A program made the translations under genes and the position numbers. From Alistipes sp. (GTDB lineage Bacteria > Bacteroidota > Bacteroidia > Bacteroidales > Rikenellaceae), in NCBI GenBank assembly GCA_017646625.1, contig JAGCMF010000033.1, positions 5,237 through 69,236 of the forward strand: 64,000 nt of DNA. The letters run 5' to 3'. This document shows positions 37,775 through 48,300 of the stretch, piece by piece. The stretch's first letter is position 1. Each line of letters opens with the position of its first letter. Below the pieces are notes generated by a model. That model did not search any database. It was not told where the DNA came from and worked only from the letters and a program-made list of their open reading frames with translations.

Positions 37775-38161
37775 ATGCATAGAGTATGTGTCGTGTTGCT
37801 TGCCCTGCTTGTTGCGGTGCCATTTGCCATGGCACAGGAGCCTCGGGGTGCAGATATAGAGTTCCAGACGAAGGTCGTGGAGCTCGGTACGTTGTCGCGT
37901 GATGATGATAAGCAGATGGTGCGCCTTGCCTTTACAAATACGGGAGATGTGCCACTTGTAGTCACGGAGGTGCGCACGAGTTGCTCGTGTACCACTGTCC
38001 AGCATGACAGACGAAAGGTGCTGCCTGGAGAGCGCGGTGTCCTCACCATCACCTTCGACCCGTCGAAGGCTCCCGAGGGTAGCCTCTACCGTGTCTTGCA
38101 GGTATTCTCTACGGCACGTAGCGGCGTGCAGCATATAACGCTAAAAGCAGAAATAGAATAA
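37775..38161 (+). CDS. DUF1573 domain protein
   Basis: FTNTGDVPLVV..VRTSCSCT...PGE.G; start moved to ATG 37775. Confidence 0.85.
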   Translation: MHRVCVVLLALLVAVPFAMAQEPRGADIEFQTKVVELGTLSRDDDKQMVRLAFTNTGDVPLVVTEVRTSCSCTTVQHDRRKVLPGERGVLTITFDPSKAPEGSLYRVLQVFSTARSGVQHITLKAEIE

Positions 38162-38173
38162 AAATTAGATACT

Positions 38174-38839
38174 ATGGATATTAAACGTGTTGTTTTCAAC
38201 CCATTTAGAGAGAATACATACCTCGTATGGGACGATACGAAGGAGTGCATCATCATAGATGCTGGTAATATGAATGCTGGTGAGAATAGGATCCTTGCCG
38301 AGATGATACAGGCGCGTGACCTTAAGCCTGTTATGGCTGTCAATACCCACGGTCACTTCGACCATGTTGGTGGTGTCAAGTGGCTTAAGGATACGTATGG
38401 TGTAGCCTTTGCCTGCTCGTCGAAGGATCAGTTCCTCATCGACAGCACCGCGGGTGGCATGGTCTACGGCATTCAGTGCAACGAGGTGCCAGCGATAGAT
38501 ATAGACCTCGATGCTGTGGAGGATATACGCTTCGGTAACACCCTCTTGCGTGTCATCAAGACTCCAGGTCACACCCCAGGTCATGTTGTGCTCTTCAATG
38601 CCGAGGATAAGAGCCTCTTTACGGGCGATACACTCTTCCGCGAGAGCATCGGTAGAACAGACCTTCCTGGTGGCGACTACTCATGGATTATGAAGTCTAT
38701 CTTGGAGCAGATAGTGCCTCTGGGTGACGATGTGGCCATATATCCAGGTCATGAGGACTCATCTACCATCGGCCATGAGGTGCTCTACAACCCATTCATC
38801 GTTGAGGTGTTGAATAACGAGATTAACTACAAAGGATAG
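38174..38839 (+). CDS. MBL-fold metallo-hydrolase (glyoxalase II-like)
   Basis: THGHFDH, TPGHTPG, FTGDTLF, PGH. Confidence 0.9.
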   Translation: MDIKRVVFNPFRENTYLVWDDTKECIIIDAGNMNAGENRILAEMIQARDLKPVMAVNTHGHFDHVGGVKWLKDTYGVAFACSSKDQFLIDSTAGGMVYGIQCNEVPAIDIDLDAVEDIRFGNTLLRVIKTPGHTPGHVVLFNAEDKSLFTGDTLFRESIGRTDLPGGDYSWIMKSILEQIVPLGDDVAIYPGHEDSSTIGHEVLYNPFIVEVLNNEINYKG

Positions 38840-38843
38840 GACC

Positions 38844-39521
38844 ATGCGTATAGATATTATTACGGTTGTGCCCGAGTTGTTGTCTTCGCCACTCAATGAG
38901 TCTATCTTGAAGCGTGCGCAGGAGTCGGGACATGCCGAGATATATGTTCACAATCTGCGAGACTACACCGACGATAAGCGTCGCACGGTGGATGACTACC
39001 CCTTTGGTGGTGAGGCGGGCATGGTTATGAAGATTGAGCCTGTCTTTCGCTGTATAGAGAAGCTTAAGTCGGAACGTGACTACGATGAGATAATCTTCAC
39101 CTCGCCCGATGGCATCACCTACAACCAGCATGAGGCCAACCGCCTCTCGCTGATGAAGAATATCATCATCCTCTGTGGTCACTATAAGGGTATCGACTAC
39201 CGTATTCGCGAGCACCTCATCACACGCGAGATATCTATTGGCGACTATGTCCTTACGGGTGGTGAGCTTGCCGCGTGTGTCATCGCCGACTCTGTTGTGC
39301 GTATCATCCCTGGTGCTATTGGCGATGAGGCCTCGGCGCTGACAGACTGCTTCCAGGACAATCTGCTTGCCCCACCCGTCTATACGCGCCCTGCGGAGTT
39401 CAACGGCTGGAAGGTGCCCGATGTGCTACTCTCGGGTCACTTTGCCGAGATTGAGAAGTGGCAGGAGGAGCAGGCGTATTTGAGAACAAAGGCGTTGCGA
39501 CCAGACTTGCTCGAGGAGTAA
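38844..39521 (+). CDS. trmD: tRNA (guanine-N1)-methyltransferase
   Basis: [34 protein letters not shown]. Confidence 0.97.
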   Translation: MRIDIITVVPELLSSPLNESILKRAQESGHAEIYVHNLRDYTDDKRRTVDDYPFGGEAGMVMKIEPVFRCIEKLKSERDYDEIIFTSPDGITYNQHEANRLSLMKNIIILCGHYKGIDYRIREHLITREISIGDYVLTGGELAACVIADSVVRIIPGAIGDEASALTDCFQDNLLAPPVYTRPAEFNGWKVPDVLLSGHFAEIEKWQEEQAYLRTKALRPDLLEE

Positions 39522-39555
39522 TCTGGTGAACTGCCTAATTATATGCTGTCAAAAG

Positions 39556-39583
39556 ATAAGGGTTGTCTATGGACAACCCTTAT
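39556..39583. terminator. Bidirectional terminator between trmD and the FAH-family gene
   Basis: ATAAGGGTTGTC-TATG-GACAACCCTTAT. Confidence 0.8.
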
Positions 39584-39604
39584 CTTATATATATGGGTAT
39601 ATTG

Positions 39605-40180
39605 CTACTTAATATCGAAGTTGAGTAGCGTGTGGTCGCCAATAGTTAGGCGGTAGTTGTCGCCCGCCTTAACCTCAAACTCCGCAGGTGCTCCGAGGAA
39701 TATAAGGTCGCCGATGCGTAGTGTCATGCGCTCCGATAGGTGGCTTACAATCTTATCTACGCTGAAGCGCATGTCGCCTAACTTTATGCGTGCACACTCC
39801 TTATCATTTATATATAAGGTAGCGCCCTCGAGCATAGCATCGCGCGAAAGCGTGTCGAGGGATAGTGCCGATGAGTGGTCGAAGCCTACCGCCTCGTCCC
39901 ATGGCAGACCATTGCTGCGTGCCTCGTTGAGCCTATCTATGGCGGTGAAGGTTATGCCTCCCATCACACCATCTATGCATCGTGCAGCGAAGCGTTCGCC
40001 TATGCACTTTGCTATGCGTGACACCTTGAGGACTATGTGTGGTGCTGCAACAATGCGACCCACACCATCGGGGATGTAGAAGGCGTCGTTGTTGCGAAGC
40101 AGTGCGGTATCGGCCTTGAGGTAGTATTGTGGTCTCTCTGCCTCGTTGTCGTAGCTATTTACTATGGTTATAAGTTTCAT
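39605..40180 (-). CDS. Fumarylacetoacetate hydrolase family protein
   Basis: YLKADTALLRNNDAFYIP, MTLRIGDLIFLGAP. Confidence 0.8.
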   Translation of the reverse strand: MKLITIVNSYDNEAERPQYYLKADTALLRNNDAFYIPDGVGRIVAAPHIVLKVSRIAKCIGERFAARCIDGVMGGITFTAIDRLNEARSNGLPWDEAVGFDHSSALSLDTLSRDAMLEGATLYINDKECARIKLGDMRFSVDKIVSHLSERMTLRIGDLIFLGAPAEFEVKAGDNYRLTIGDHTLLNFDIK

Positions 40181-40181
40181 A

Positions 40182-41306
40182 TCAACCTAATGAGTTAACA
40201 ATATCTTGTGCAAATCGTTCTGATGCCCCCGCAGGACCTATCATCGTGCGTAGCTCCTAGAAGTCGCGTAGCATGCGCTGCCTATCGCTACCCTCGGGGA
40301 GTATCGTAGCAACCTCTCTCTTTGCTTCTGCCATGTCGAGCTTCGCGCGAACAAGCTCCCTGACGCACTCACGACCGAGGTTTATGTTTACAAGCGAGAT
40401 GTAGGGTATGCGTAGGAAGTAGGGCTTAAGTTTTTCGTAGAGCCATGGCACATGGTATAGCACCACCTCGGGGATGCCCATAAGTGCTGTCTCGAGTGTT
40501 GCGGTGCCCGATGTGACTATCGCTGCTGTGCTCATGGCAAGAGTCTGCTGTGTGCGGTCACATACGTAGCGCACGTTTTTACCTGCTATATACTTGTCAT
40601 ATAGGCTCTTGTCTATCCACGGTACGGCTGTGACAACAAATTGATACTCCGTAAACTGCTCCGCTATGCGCACCATGTCAGGAAGGTTTGCCTTAATCTC
40701 CGATATACGGCTACCCGCAAGGAGTGCCACTATGGGGCGGTCATCAAGACCGCACTCATTGATAAACTCCTCGCGTGAGGGTAGTGAGGCGCGGCGTTCC
40801 TCAATATCGTCAGCAAGAGGGTTGCCACAGAAGATAGGCTCGATGCCGTGACCACGGAAGTAGTCACTCTCAAAGGGGAAGATGGTGTATAGGCGGTCTA
40901 CGTAGCGGCGTAGCTGCTTAACACGCCTCTCTTTCCATGCCCACACCTTGGGTGCTATGTAGTAGTATACCTTTATGCCTCTACTCTTTGCCCACTTCGC
41001 TATGCGTAGGTTGAAGGCGGGGTAGTCGATGAGTATGATGACATCTGGATTGAAGCGTGCGATGTCGGCCTTCACCTCATCTATCTGGCGGAATATTGTG
41101 CGTAGGTTCTTTACCACCTGCACAAAGCCAAAGAACGACATCTGTGTGTAGTGGTACAGCATACCATCCCTGCCTCCCACCTCTGCCATGCGGTCACCTC
41201 CCGTGAAGCGGAATGAGGCCTCGGCGTCGGCATTACGTATGCCACGCATAAGCTTGCTGCCATGGAGGTCACCCGAGGGTTCACCTGCTATAACGTAATA
41301 TTTCAT
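40182..41306 (-). CDS. lpxB: Lipid-A-disaccharide synthase; in-frame TAG at 40257-40259, natural-looking stop TGA at 40182-40184
   Basis: AGEPSGDLHG, IDYPAFNL, YYIAPKVWAW, AGSRISE, TSGTATLETAL; frame continues ELRTMIGPAGASERFAQDIVNSLG after the TAG. Confidence 0.9.
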
Positions 41307-41382
41307 GTTGTGTAGCTATGCTATTACTATTACCATGATACAAAGATAACCTATAATTTAGAATTTGTGGCATCCTGGGTAT

Positions 41383-41418
41383 AAAAAATGGTGTGCCAAG
41401 AGTCTTGACACACCATTT
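41383..41418 (-). terminator. Terminator after aspA
   Basis: AAAAAATGGTGTG-loop-CACACCATTT. Confidence 0.7.
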
Positions 41419-41441
41419 GGGGTATATGTCCTACGTTAGGA

Positions 41442-42875
41442 CTATCTGCGAGGCTTGATATCGAGCTTCACAGGCTTAATCATATTCTCTGGTGAGAGGA
41501 TAGTGTCGAGCTCCTCCTTTGTGAGGATGCCGTGCTCGAGTACGAGGTCATATACGCGACCACCTGTAGCCATAGCCTCCTTCGCAATCTTTGTAGAGTT
41601 CTTGTAGCCGATGATTGGGTTGAGTGCTGTAACAACGCCGAAGCTATCCTGAACATACTTACGGCACTGCTCCTCGTTAGCCACGATGCCATCAACGCAG
41701 TTAACACGCAATGTGTCGAAGCCATTCATCATGATCTCTGCAGACTCGAAGCAGCACTGTGCCATTGTAGGCTCCATGGCGTTGAGCTCCATCTGTGCCT
41801 CCTGTGCGCACATAGCAACACATGCGTCGTTACCGATAACCTTGTAGCATATCTGGTTCATAACCTCTGGGATAACAGGGTTAACCTTACCTGGCATGAT
41901 TGAAGAGCCTGGCTGACGTGCTGGAAGGTCAAACTCATGGAGACCGCAACGAGGACCTGAAGCCAAGAGACGAAGGTCGTTACAAATCTTGTTGAGCTTA
42001 ACAGCGACACGGCGGAGAGCTGATGAGTAGCCCACCATGCAAGTGGTATCAGATGTTGCAGCCACGAGGTCCTCGGCGAGCTTGATATCCCAACCTGTTA
42101 TCTGGCGCAATGCGGCGATGCACTTCTCTGAATACTCTGGCTCCGAGCAGATACCTGTACCGATGGCAGTAGCACCCATGTTCACTGTGAGGAACTCCTC
42201 GGCAGCAAACTCAAGGTTCTTCTTCTCCTCCTTAAGTATCTGTGCGAAGGCGCCGAATGTCTGGCCGAGAGTCATAGGCACAGCATCCTCGAGCTGTGTA
42301 CGACCCATCTTAAGGATGTGAGCAAACTCCTTTGCCTTCTTTGCAAATGACTCGATGAGAGCATCGTAGTGCTTCATGAATACGAGGTGTGTAGCATAGA
42401 GGCCGAGGTGGATACCACATGGGTATGCGTCGTTTGTTGACTGTGAGCAGTTAACGTGGTCGTTAGGTGAGCAGTACTGATACTCGCCTGCCTCGTGACC
42501 CATGATCTGGAGTGCACGGTTAGCGATAACCTCGTTAGCGTTCATATTTGTTGTTGTGCCGGCACCACCCTGAATCATGTCGCAAGGGAACTGGTCGTGG
42601 TGCTTGCCCTCAAGAATCTCGATACAAGCCTTTGATATGCCATCGAACTGCTCGTCGGTGAGCAGGCCGAGCTGGTGGTTAGCCTCTGCCGCGCCAAGCT
42701 TTGTCATCGCCAAGCCGTTGATGAACAATGGGTAGTCTGAAAGGTGGAAACGGCTGATAGGGAAGTTTTCGATGCCGCGCAATGTCTGTACGCCATAGAG
42801 GGCCTCAACAGGAACCTCCATCTCGCCGATAAGGTCACTCTCGATACGAGTCTTACCTGAATAATTAGTAGTCAT
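41442..42875 (-). CDS. aspA: Aspartate ammonia-lyase
   Basis: YGVQTLRG, QGGAGTTTNMNANE, QSTND, GSSIMPGKVNP; start moved to ATG 42875. Confidence 0.93.
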   Translation of the reverse strand: MTTNYSGKTRIESDLIGEMEVPVEALYGVQTLRGIENFPISRFHLSDYPLFINGLAMTKLGAAEANHQLGLLTDEQFDGISKACIEILEGKHHDQFPCDMIQGGAGTTTNMNANEVIANRALQIMGHEAGEYQYCSPNDHVNCSQSTNDAYPCGIHLGLYATHLVFMKHYDALIESFAKKAKEFAHILKMGRTQLEDAVPMTLGQTFGAFAQILKEEKKNLEFAAEEFLTVNMGATAIGTGICSEPEYSEKCIAALRQITGWDIKLAEDLVAATSDTTCMVGYSSALRRVAVKLNKICNDLRLLASGPRCGLHEFDLPARQPGSSIMPGKVNPVIPEVMNQICYKVIGNDACVAMCAQEAQMELNAMEPTMAQCCFESAEIMMNGFDTLRVNCVDGIVANEEQCRKYVQDSFGVVTALNPIIGYKNSTKIAKEAMATGGRVYDLVLEHGILTKEELDTILSPENMIKPVKLDIKPRR

Positions 42876-43084
42876 AGTCTTTTGGTTTATGTTTATTTTG
42901 GTTATTTGTGTCACTCTGATGTTGTGAAATATCACACGAAGGTACGATAATTTCCCCAAATTGCCAATTATTCATGCAATAATTTACTCTTTTATTACTC
43001 TTGCCACTCTCTTATCGTGCTTTTGTTTTATAACAATTGTGCAATTGATAAAAAAATACTAACTTTGCATGTTATATAACATAT

Positions 43085-43564
43085 ATGGAACGCATAGCAA
43101 TATTTCCTGGGTCTTTTGATCCCTTCACACGTGGTCATCAAGCTGTTGTCGAGGAGGCGCTGAAGCTCTTCGATAGGGTTGTTATCGCCATCGGCCATAA
43201 CATTGCCAAGCGCGGATTGCTAACTACGGAGGCGCGTAAGCGATTAATAGAGAGTATCTATGTCGCAGAGCCTCGCGTAGAGGTTACGTTGTATACCTCG
43301 CTTACGGGCATCGAGGCGCGACGTGTGGGTGCTACGGCCATGATACGCAGTGTGCGTAGTAGTGCCGACTTCGACTATGAACGTACCATAGAACGTGCCA
43401 ACAGAGAGATATTCCCCGACATCGCCACTGTTATACTTCTTGCCCCTGCCGAGTTGGAGTATATATCCTCGTCGTTGGTGCGTGAGCTACACGCCTTTGG
43501 TCAGGATACCTCATCGTTGCTGCCCGAGGGTGTCGTACTTGAAGACTATATTGAAGAGACATAA
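43085..43564 (+). CDS. coaD: Phosphopantetheine adenylyltransferase
   Basis: FPGSFDPFTRGH, ISSSLVREL. Confidence 0.95.
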   Translation: MERIAIFPGSFDPFTRGHQAVVEEALKLFDRVVIAIGHNIAKRGLLTTEARKRLIESIYVAEPRVEVTLYTSLTGIEARRVGATAMIRSVRSSADFDYERTIERANREIFPDIATVILLAPAELEYISSSLVRELHAFGQDTSSLLPEGVVLEDYIEET

Positions 43565-43586
43565 ATTTAATACTCAAATATTTCAC

Positions 43587-44618
43587 ATGCAGTTTACAGC
43601 AGAGATGATTGCTGGCCTCCTCGGAGGCACAGTCGTAGGCGACAAGAATGTAACGGTCTCTACCGTCTCATCTATCGATGGCGGTAAGAGTGGTTCGTTG
43701 GCCTACCTTACAAACCCAAAGTACGAGCAGTATATCTATACTACCGAGGCGAGCATCGTGCTCGTAGATAATAGTTTTGAGCCCAAGGGCGACATCGCCG
43801 CTACACTCATCAAGGTTGAGAATGTAGGTCAGTGTGTGTTGAACCTCTTGGAGATGTATAACGCCACACGCCCACGCAAGAGTGGTATCTCGAAGCTCGC
43901 ATCTATAAGCGAGAGTGCTGCCATAGGCGATGATTGCTATATCGGTGACTTTACGGTCGTTGAGCAGGGCGCAAAGGTGGGTAAGGATGTACAGATATAC
44001 CCACAGTGCTACATTGGCGATAATGTGACAATTGGCGATGGCACGAAGATATATCCTGGCGTTAAGATTTATGAGGGATGTGTTGTCGGTAGCAACTGTA
44101 TCCTTCATGCTGGTGCTGTTATCGGTGCTGATGGCTTTGGCTTTGCTCCAAAGGAGGATGGTACCTTCGCGAAGATTCCACAGCTCGGTAATGTCATTAT
44201 CGAGGATAACGTGGAGATTGGCGCCAACACATGTGTAGATAGAGCAAAGACAGACTCTACAATCATCCGCCAGGGTGTTAAGCTTGACAACCTTATCCAG
44301 ATTGGTCATAACGTGGAGATAGGTGCTAATACAGTGATGTCGGCACAGGTGGGCATCGCTGGTACCTCGAAGGTAGGTCGCAACTGCTTCGTTGCGGGTC
44401 AGGTGGGCATCGCCGACCATGTCACCATAGGCAATGAGGTTAAGATTGGCTCGAAGTCGGGTATCGATAAGAGTGTTGGCGATGGCGAGATACGCTTCGG
44501 CTACCCAGCACTCCCTGGTATGCAGTATCACCGTTCGTTTGCTGTCTTCCGCCAGCTTCCCGACATGTCGGTTAAGCTCCGCGAGCTGGATAAGCGTATT
44601 ACGAAGCTTGAGGAGTAG
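43587..44618 (+). CDS. lpxD: UDP-3-O-acyl-glucosamine N-acyltransferase
   Basis: Hexapeptide repeats, IGADGFGF, KLDNLIQIGHNV; start moved to ATG 43587. Confidence 0.95.
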   Translation: MQFTAEMIAGLLGGTVVGDKNVTVSTVSSIDGGKSGSLAYLTNPKYEQYIYTTEASIVLVDNSFEPKGDIAATLIKVENVGQCVLNLLEMYNATRPRKSGISKLASISESAAIGDDCYIGDFTVVEQGAKVGKDVQIYPQCYIGDNVTIGDGTKIYPGVKIYEGCVVGSNCILHAGAVIGADGFGFAPKEDGTFAKIPQLGNVIIEDNVEIGANTCVDRAKTDSTIIRQGVKLDNLIQIGHNVEIGANTVMSAQVGIAGTSKVGRNCFVAGQVGIADHVTIGNEVKIGSKSGIDKSVGDGEIRFGYPALPGMQYHRSFAVFRQLPDMSVKLRELDKRITKLEE

Positions 44619-44621
44619 GGC

Positions 44622-45233
44622 GTGGGTGAGCCTATACGCATAATGGGTATCGACCCCGGTACCAACTATATGGGCTACGGCATCATCCAGATTGTCGGTG
44701 GTAAACCCACGGCGTTGGTTATGGGCGAGATAGATATGCATAAGATTAAGGATGCTCACCAGAAGCTACGATATATATATGAACGTGTGCGTAGCCTCAC
44801 GCGCGACTATACACCATGTGAGGTAGCCTTTGAGTCACCCTTCTTTGGCGAGAATGTGCAGTCTATGCTCAAGCTCGGTAGGGCACAGGGTGTCGCCATT
44901 GCGGCAGTGTTGGGCACCTCCTCCGATACGCCCATTGCGGAGTATGCGCCCTCGCGTGTTAAGCAGGCTATAACGGGTAATGGTAGGGCCTCGAAGGAGC
45001 AGGTGGCTATGATGATAAATGCCATGCTTGGCACCGACTATAAGCCTCGTAAGCTCGATGCTACGGATGGTATGGCTGTGGCGCTATGTCATTGGTTTAC
45101 CACGTCGAATAACCTCACGCAGGCCACGGCGGGTGAAAAGCGCAAGGGTCTTGGTGGTGACAGCAAGGCGCGCAAGGGAAGCTCCTCATGGGAGAACTTC
45201 GTGGCTGCTAACCCCGAGAGGGTTAAGCGGTAG
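44622..45233 (+). CDS. ruvC: Holliday junction resolvase
   Basis: MGIDPG, AFESPF, KLGRAQG, DATDGMAVALCH. Confidence 0.95.
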   Translation: MGEPIRIMGIDPGTNYMGYGIIQIVGGKPTALVMGEIDMHKIKDAHQKLRYIYERVRSLTRDYTPCEVAFESPFFGENVQSMLKLGRAQGVAIAAVLGTSSDTPIAEYAPSRVKQAITGNGRASKEQVAMMINAMLGTDYKPRKLDATDGMAVALCHWFTTSNNLTQATAGEKRKGLGGDSKARKGSSSWENFVAANPERVKR

Positions 45234-45282
45234 GTGGTTACGTAGGATATAGAGTGATAATTTTATTAACTAAAAAAGATGT

Positions 45283-46329
45283 ATGATTATGAAGAAGATG
45301 TTGATGGCAGTGTGTGCTGCGTTGATGTTTGTGGCATGTGGTAGCGAGGAGAATAAGAGTGTTACCATCAATGCTAATCTTTCGGGCATGGAGATGTTCT
45401 CTGCTGGTGCTAATGTCGAGTTTGTGACATATGGCGAGGAGACGCCTGTTGCTTCGGCTGTTATAGCAGAGGATATGACTTTCTCTGCAGAGCTTAACCT
45501 TGATGGTGATCAGTTCGTGCTTATCTCGATTGATGGCCAGGATGCTCTTCTTATCGCTGTTGAGGATAAGGATATCACATTGACATATGATGCCGAGGCA
45601 GAGGATGTTGTCGTTGTTGGTTCGGAGGCACAGACAGCAATTGACGCTGCTAACATTGAGCTTATGGCTATGTTTAACGATCCTGATGCTACGTCGGAGG
45701 ATGCCGCAGCTCTTGTTGAGAGAGTGGTAAGAGAGAATAGCTCTAACCTTGCATCGTTGTATTTCATCCGCTACTTCTCTATGTTCTCCGAGGATGATGT
45801 GCTTTTTGCCGAGTTGTTTGGTACTATTAGCAAGGAGTTTGCTGGCTTGTCTCTATATAAGGAGGCAGAGGCGCGTGTTGAGAATGCCAAGAATACGGCT
45901 ATAGGTGCTGATCTAAAGGATATCGTTCTTCCTGATGCTGATGGTAATATGATTAGCGTTGCCGAGCTCTGCAAGAGTGGTAAGTGGGTGTTGGTTGACT
46001 TCTGGGCTACATGGTGTGGTCCTTGCCGTGGTGAGATACCTTACCTTGTTGCTGCATACGAGAAGTTCGCACCTCTCGGTCTTGAGATTTATGGCGTATC
46101 GTTTGACCGTGAGGGCACAGAGGATCGCTGGAAGTCATTCATGGCAGAGAACGGTATGACATGGGTTAATGTATGGGGTACTGATAGCGAGGGTGGCTGG
46201 AGTGTTGCCGAGCACCTCAATGTTACTGGTATTCCTGCAAACTTCCTCTACTCACCCGAGGGTAAGCTTGTAGCGAAGAATTTGCGCGGTGAGGATGTAG
46301 AAAAGATTCTTTCAGAGCATATCAAGTAA
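45283..46329 (+). CDS. TlpA-family thiol:disulfide lipoprotein (N-terminal DUF4369-like region)
   Basis: Lipobox FVAC; VDFWATWCGPC, GIPANFL. Confidence 0.88.
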   Translation: MIMKKMLMAVCAALMFVACGSEENKSVTINANLSGMEMFSAGANVEFVTYGEETPVASAVIAEDMTFSAELNLDGDQFVLISIDGQDALLIAVEDKDITLTYDAEAEDVVVVGSEAQTAIDAANIELMAMFNDPDATSEDAAALVERVVRENSSNLASLYFIRYFSMFSEDDVLFAELFGTISKEFAGLSLYKEAEARVENAKNTAIGADLKDIVLPDADGNMISVAELCKSGKWVLVDFWATWCGPCRGEIPYLVAAYEKFAPLGLEIYGVSFDREGTEDRWKSFMAENGMTWVNVWGTDSEGGWSVAEHLNVTGIPANFLYSPEGKLVAKNLRGEDVEKILSEHIK

Positions 46330-46456
46330 GTCGCTGATATATAGCGTTAAAAGAGAGTGACGATGAAAAATCGTCACTTTTTTTTCATTTTTTTGTGAAA
46401 AAAATTTGGAGAATAGAAAATTTGTAGTACCTTTGCACTCGCAAACGCAAAGGAAT

Positions 46457-46530
46457 GGCTCCGTAGCTCAACTGAATAGAGTACTTGACTACGGATCAAG
46501 CGGTTCCAGGTTTGAATCCTGGCGGAGTCA
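46457..46530 (+). tRNA. tRNA-Arg(ACG)
   Basis: GGCTCCG...CTTGA CT ACG GA TCAAG...CCAGG TTTGAAT CCTGG CGGAGTC A. Confidence 0.95.
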
Positions 46531-46589
46531 CAAGGCGGTAATCGAAAGGTTACCGCTTCTTTTTTTGTTATGCTGTACGATTGTGGACC

Positions 46590-46756
46590 TCGGTCTCTTT
46601 GTCTCTCTGCCCTTTTTCATTCTCGGGGACCAAAGGGCATAAAACGTCATAAAACGTCATAAAAGGTAATGTGTTGTCTCTGTCTCGTTGTCCCTTGTGC
46701 CCTTTCTGTCCTTTGTGCCTTTTTTCATTCTTGGGTACCAAAGGGCATAAAACGTC
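46590..46756 (+). repeat. Modular ~70-bp repeat: full copy 46610-46679, truncated copy 46718-46756
   Basis: Same core as 26768-26960. Confidence 0.9.
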
Positions 46757-46773
46757 GAATTTACGACTGATCC

Positions 46774-47197
46774 CTTATAGTGATGCAAATCACTACATCA
46801 ACAAACGAGAAGTAAGCATATAAAGCAAAAAAAAACAGACGACTAAATGTCGTCTGCTTTAGTAGTCGATAGGGGATTCGGACAGCGGAGCTGAAGAGCC
46901 GATTCGATATTTGCGGAGACACTCTGTGTCGAGCAAAAAACTATTCTCTATCGGCTCAACCCCATTTAAGTGAGCAATTGCCTATCGTATACGATATGTT
47001 TTTGTAAATGCTCGTTTGTTGCATGTGTCGTAGGCTGTAGCTGTTGAGTGGATATGTTTCGAGCTAGCTAGTATACATATCTAATCAACAGCTTATAGTG
47101 ATGCAAATCACTACATCAACAAACGAGAAGTAAGCATATAAAGCAAAAAAAAACAGACGACTAATGTCGTCTGCTTTAGTAGTCGATAGGGGATTCG
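46774..47197 (-). mobile_element. att-like duplication of the tRNA-Glu 3' end + downstream flank (46774-46880 and 47092-47197) enclosing a 211-bp insert
   Basis: 106/107-nt copies identical except one A in the terminator loop; each ends in TAGTCGATAGGGGATTCG (tRNA 3' end). Confidence 0.8.
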
Positions 47198-47251
47198 AAC
47201 CCCTATGTCCTGCGTGAGAGGCAGGTATCCTAGCCCTTAGATGAATCGACC
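47180..47251 (-). tRNA. tRNA-Glu(CTC)
   Basis: Minus strand GGTCGAT...CCTGC CT CTC AC GCAGG...AGGGG TTCGAAT CCCCT ATCGACT A. Confidence 0.95.
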
Positions 47252-47542
47252 AGTTGTTGTCGTCAGGCTTATTCCCTTTCGACACTGCAAATATACGGCA
47301 AAAATTTTATTCTCCAAAACTTTTTGTAAAAAAATTGCAAGAAAACACTATTTTTTTGTTGAATTAGTCAATTTTACAATTAAAAGTATACTTTAATATA
47401 GTATAATTGGGCTATCAGTATCTCTTTTGTGGTGTTGTGGGCATATGGTGTGTGGATGAAAGATATGTTGTGATTGATATTTTTTTGTTGGTATGATAAT
47501 AATGATTATCTTTACAGATGATAATATTAAATATTAGGAGTT

Positions 47543-48271
47543 ATGAGAAGTTATAAGATTATAGTGGTGTTGGCTCTTGCACTCTTTGCTGTAGCATGTT
47601 CAAAGGGTGATGGTGTTGTAAGGCCCGAGTTTAAGGAGTATATACACTCTGTTGGCTGTGAGGGGTGTTGTCAGGTTGACATCAAATATCAGCGTATCAC
47701 AAATAGTGATGCCTCTACGGCTCTTGCCAGCATCGATGAGCAGAATTACCGTAATACCTTTGGTAGATATAGCCTCGATGTTATGGATGTTGAGGCATCG
47801 GCATCTGCTATGGCTGATGGCTATCAGAGCATGTGTAGTGGAGGTGATAGCAATGGATACTACTATGACCTCGATCAGCGTGCCTTCATGACACGTGATG
47901 ATAAGGTGGTGTGCTATGAGACATATATAGAGTCGTACACGGGAGGTGCACATGGTGGCAATATTATGCTCTATGAGTGCTTCGACCTTGCCAGTGGTGC
48001 AATCTACGACTTTGACTACCTCTTCGAGGATGTCTGGGGTGAGGCTATGCGTAAGCTTGTATATGATAAGCTTGTGGCGACATATGGTGTGTTGCTCATC
48101 GAGGGTGTCGAGGAGCTGCCTATGTCTACCTCATTGCTCATCACTGACACAGGCATACTCTTCGTCTACCAGCCATATGAGGTGGCGTGCTTCGCCGCGG
48201 GTATACTCGCTGTTGAGGTGAGTGATGAGCAAATAAAGGGTACAGGTGCCCCATTGGTTTGGTTAGAGTAG
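47543..48271 (+). CDS. RsiV/DUF3298-family lipoprotein
   Basis: Lipobox AVAC; YTGGAHG, FVYQPYEVACFAAG. Confidence 0.82.
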   Translation: MRSYKIIVVLALALFAVACSKGDGVVRPEFKEYIHSVGCEGCCQVDIKYQRITNSDASTALASIDEQNYRNTFGRYSLDVMDVEASASAMADGYQSMCSGGDSNGYYYDLDQRAFMTRDDKVVCYETYIESYTGGAHGGNIMLYECFDLASGAIYDFDYLFEDVWGEAMRKLVYDKLVATYGVLLIEGVEELPMSTSLLITDTGILFVYQPYEVACFAAGILAVEVSDEQIKGTGAPLVWLE

Positions 48272-48300
48272 AGGGTTTATAGGTTCCGTATACCTCTTGA

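Noticed and set aside
40257-40259. Genome-wide TAG reassignment (alternative genetic code)
   Set aside because: TAG terminates terL, tonB, lpxD, ruvC and the RsiV-like gene at expected lengths, and no other gene in the window appeared interrupted.
41442-42875. aspA as part of the hydrogenase cluster
   Set aside because: It is about 9 kb from hydF with unrelated genes and tRNAs between; no linkage visible here.
46762-46771. 10-mer TACGACTGAT shared with 26661-26670
   Set aside because: It has opposite orientation relative to the two tRNAs and is too short to separate from chance without a genome-wide count.
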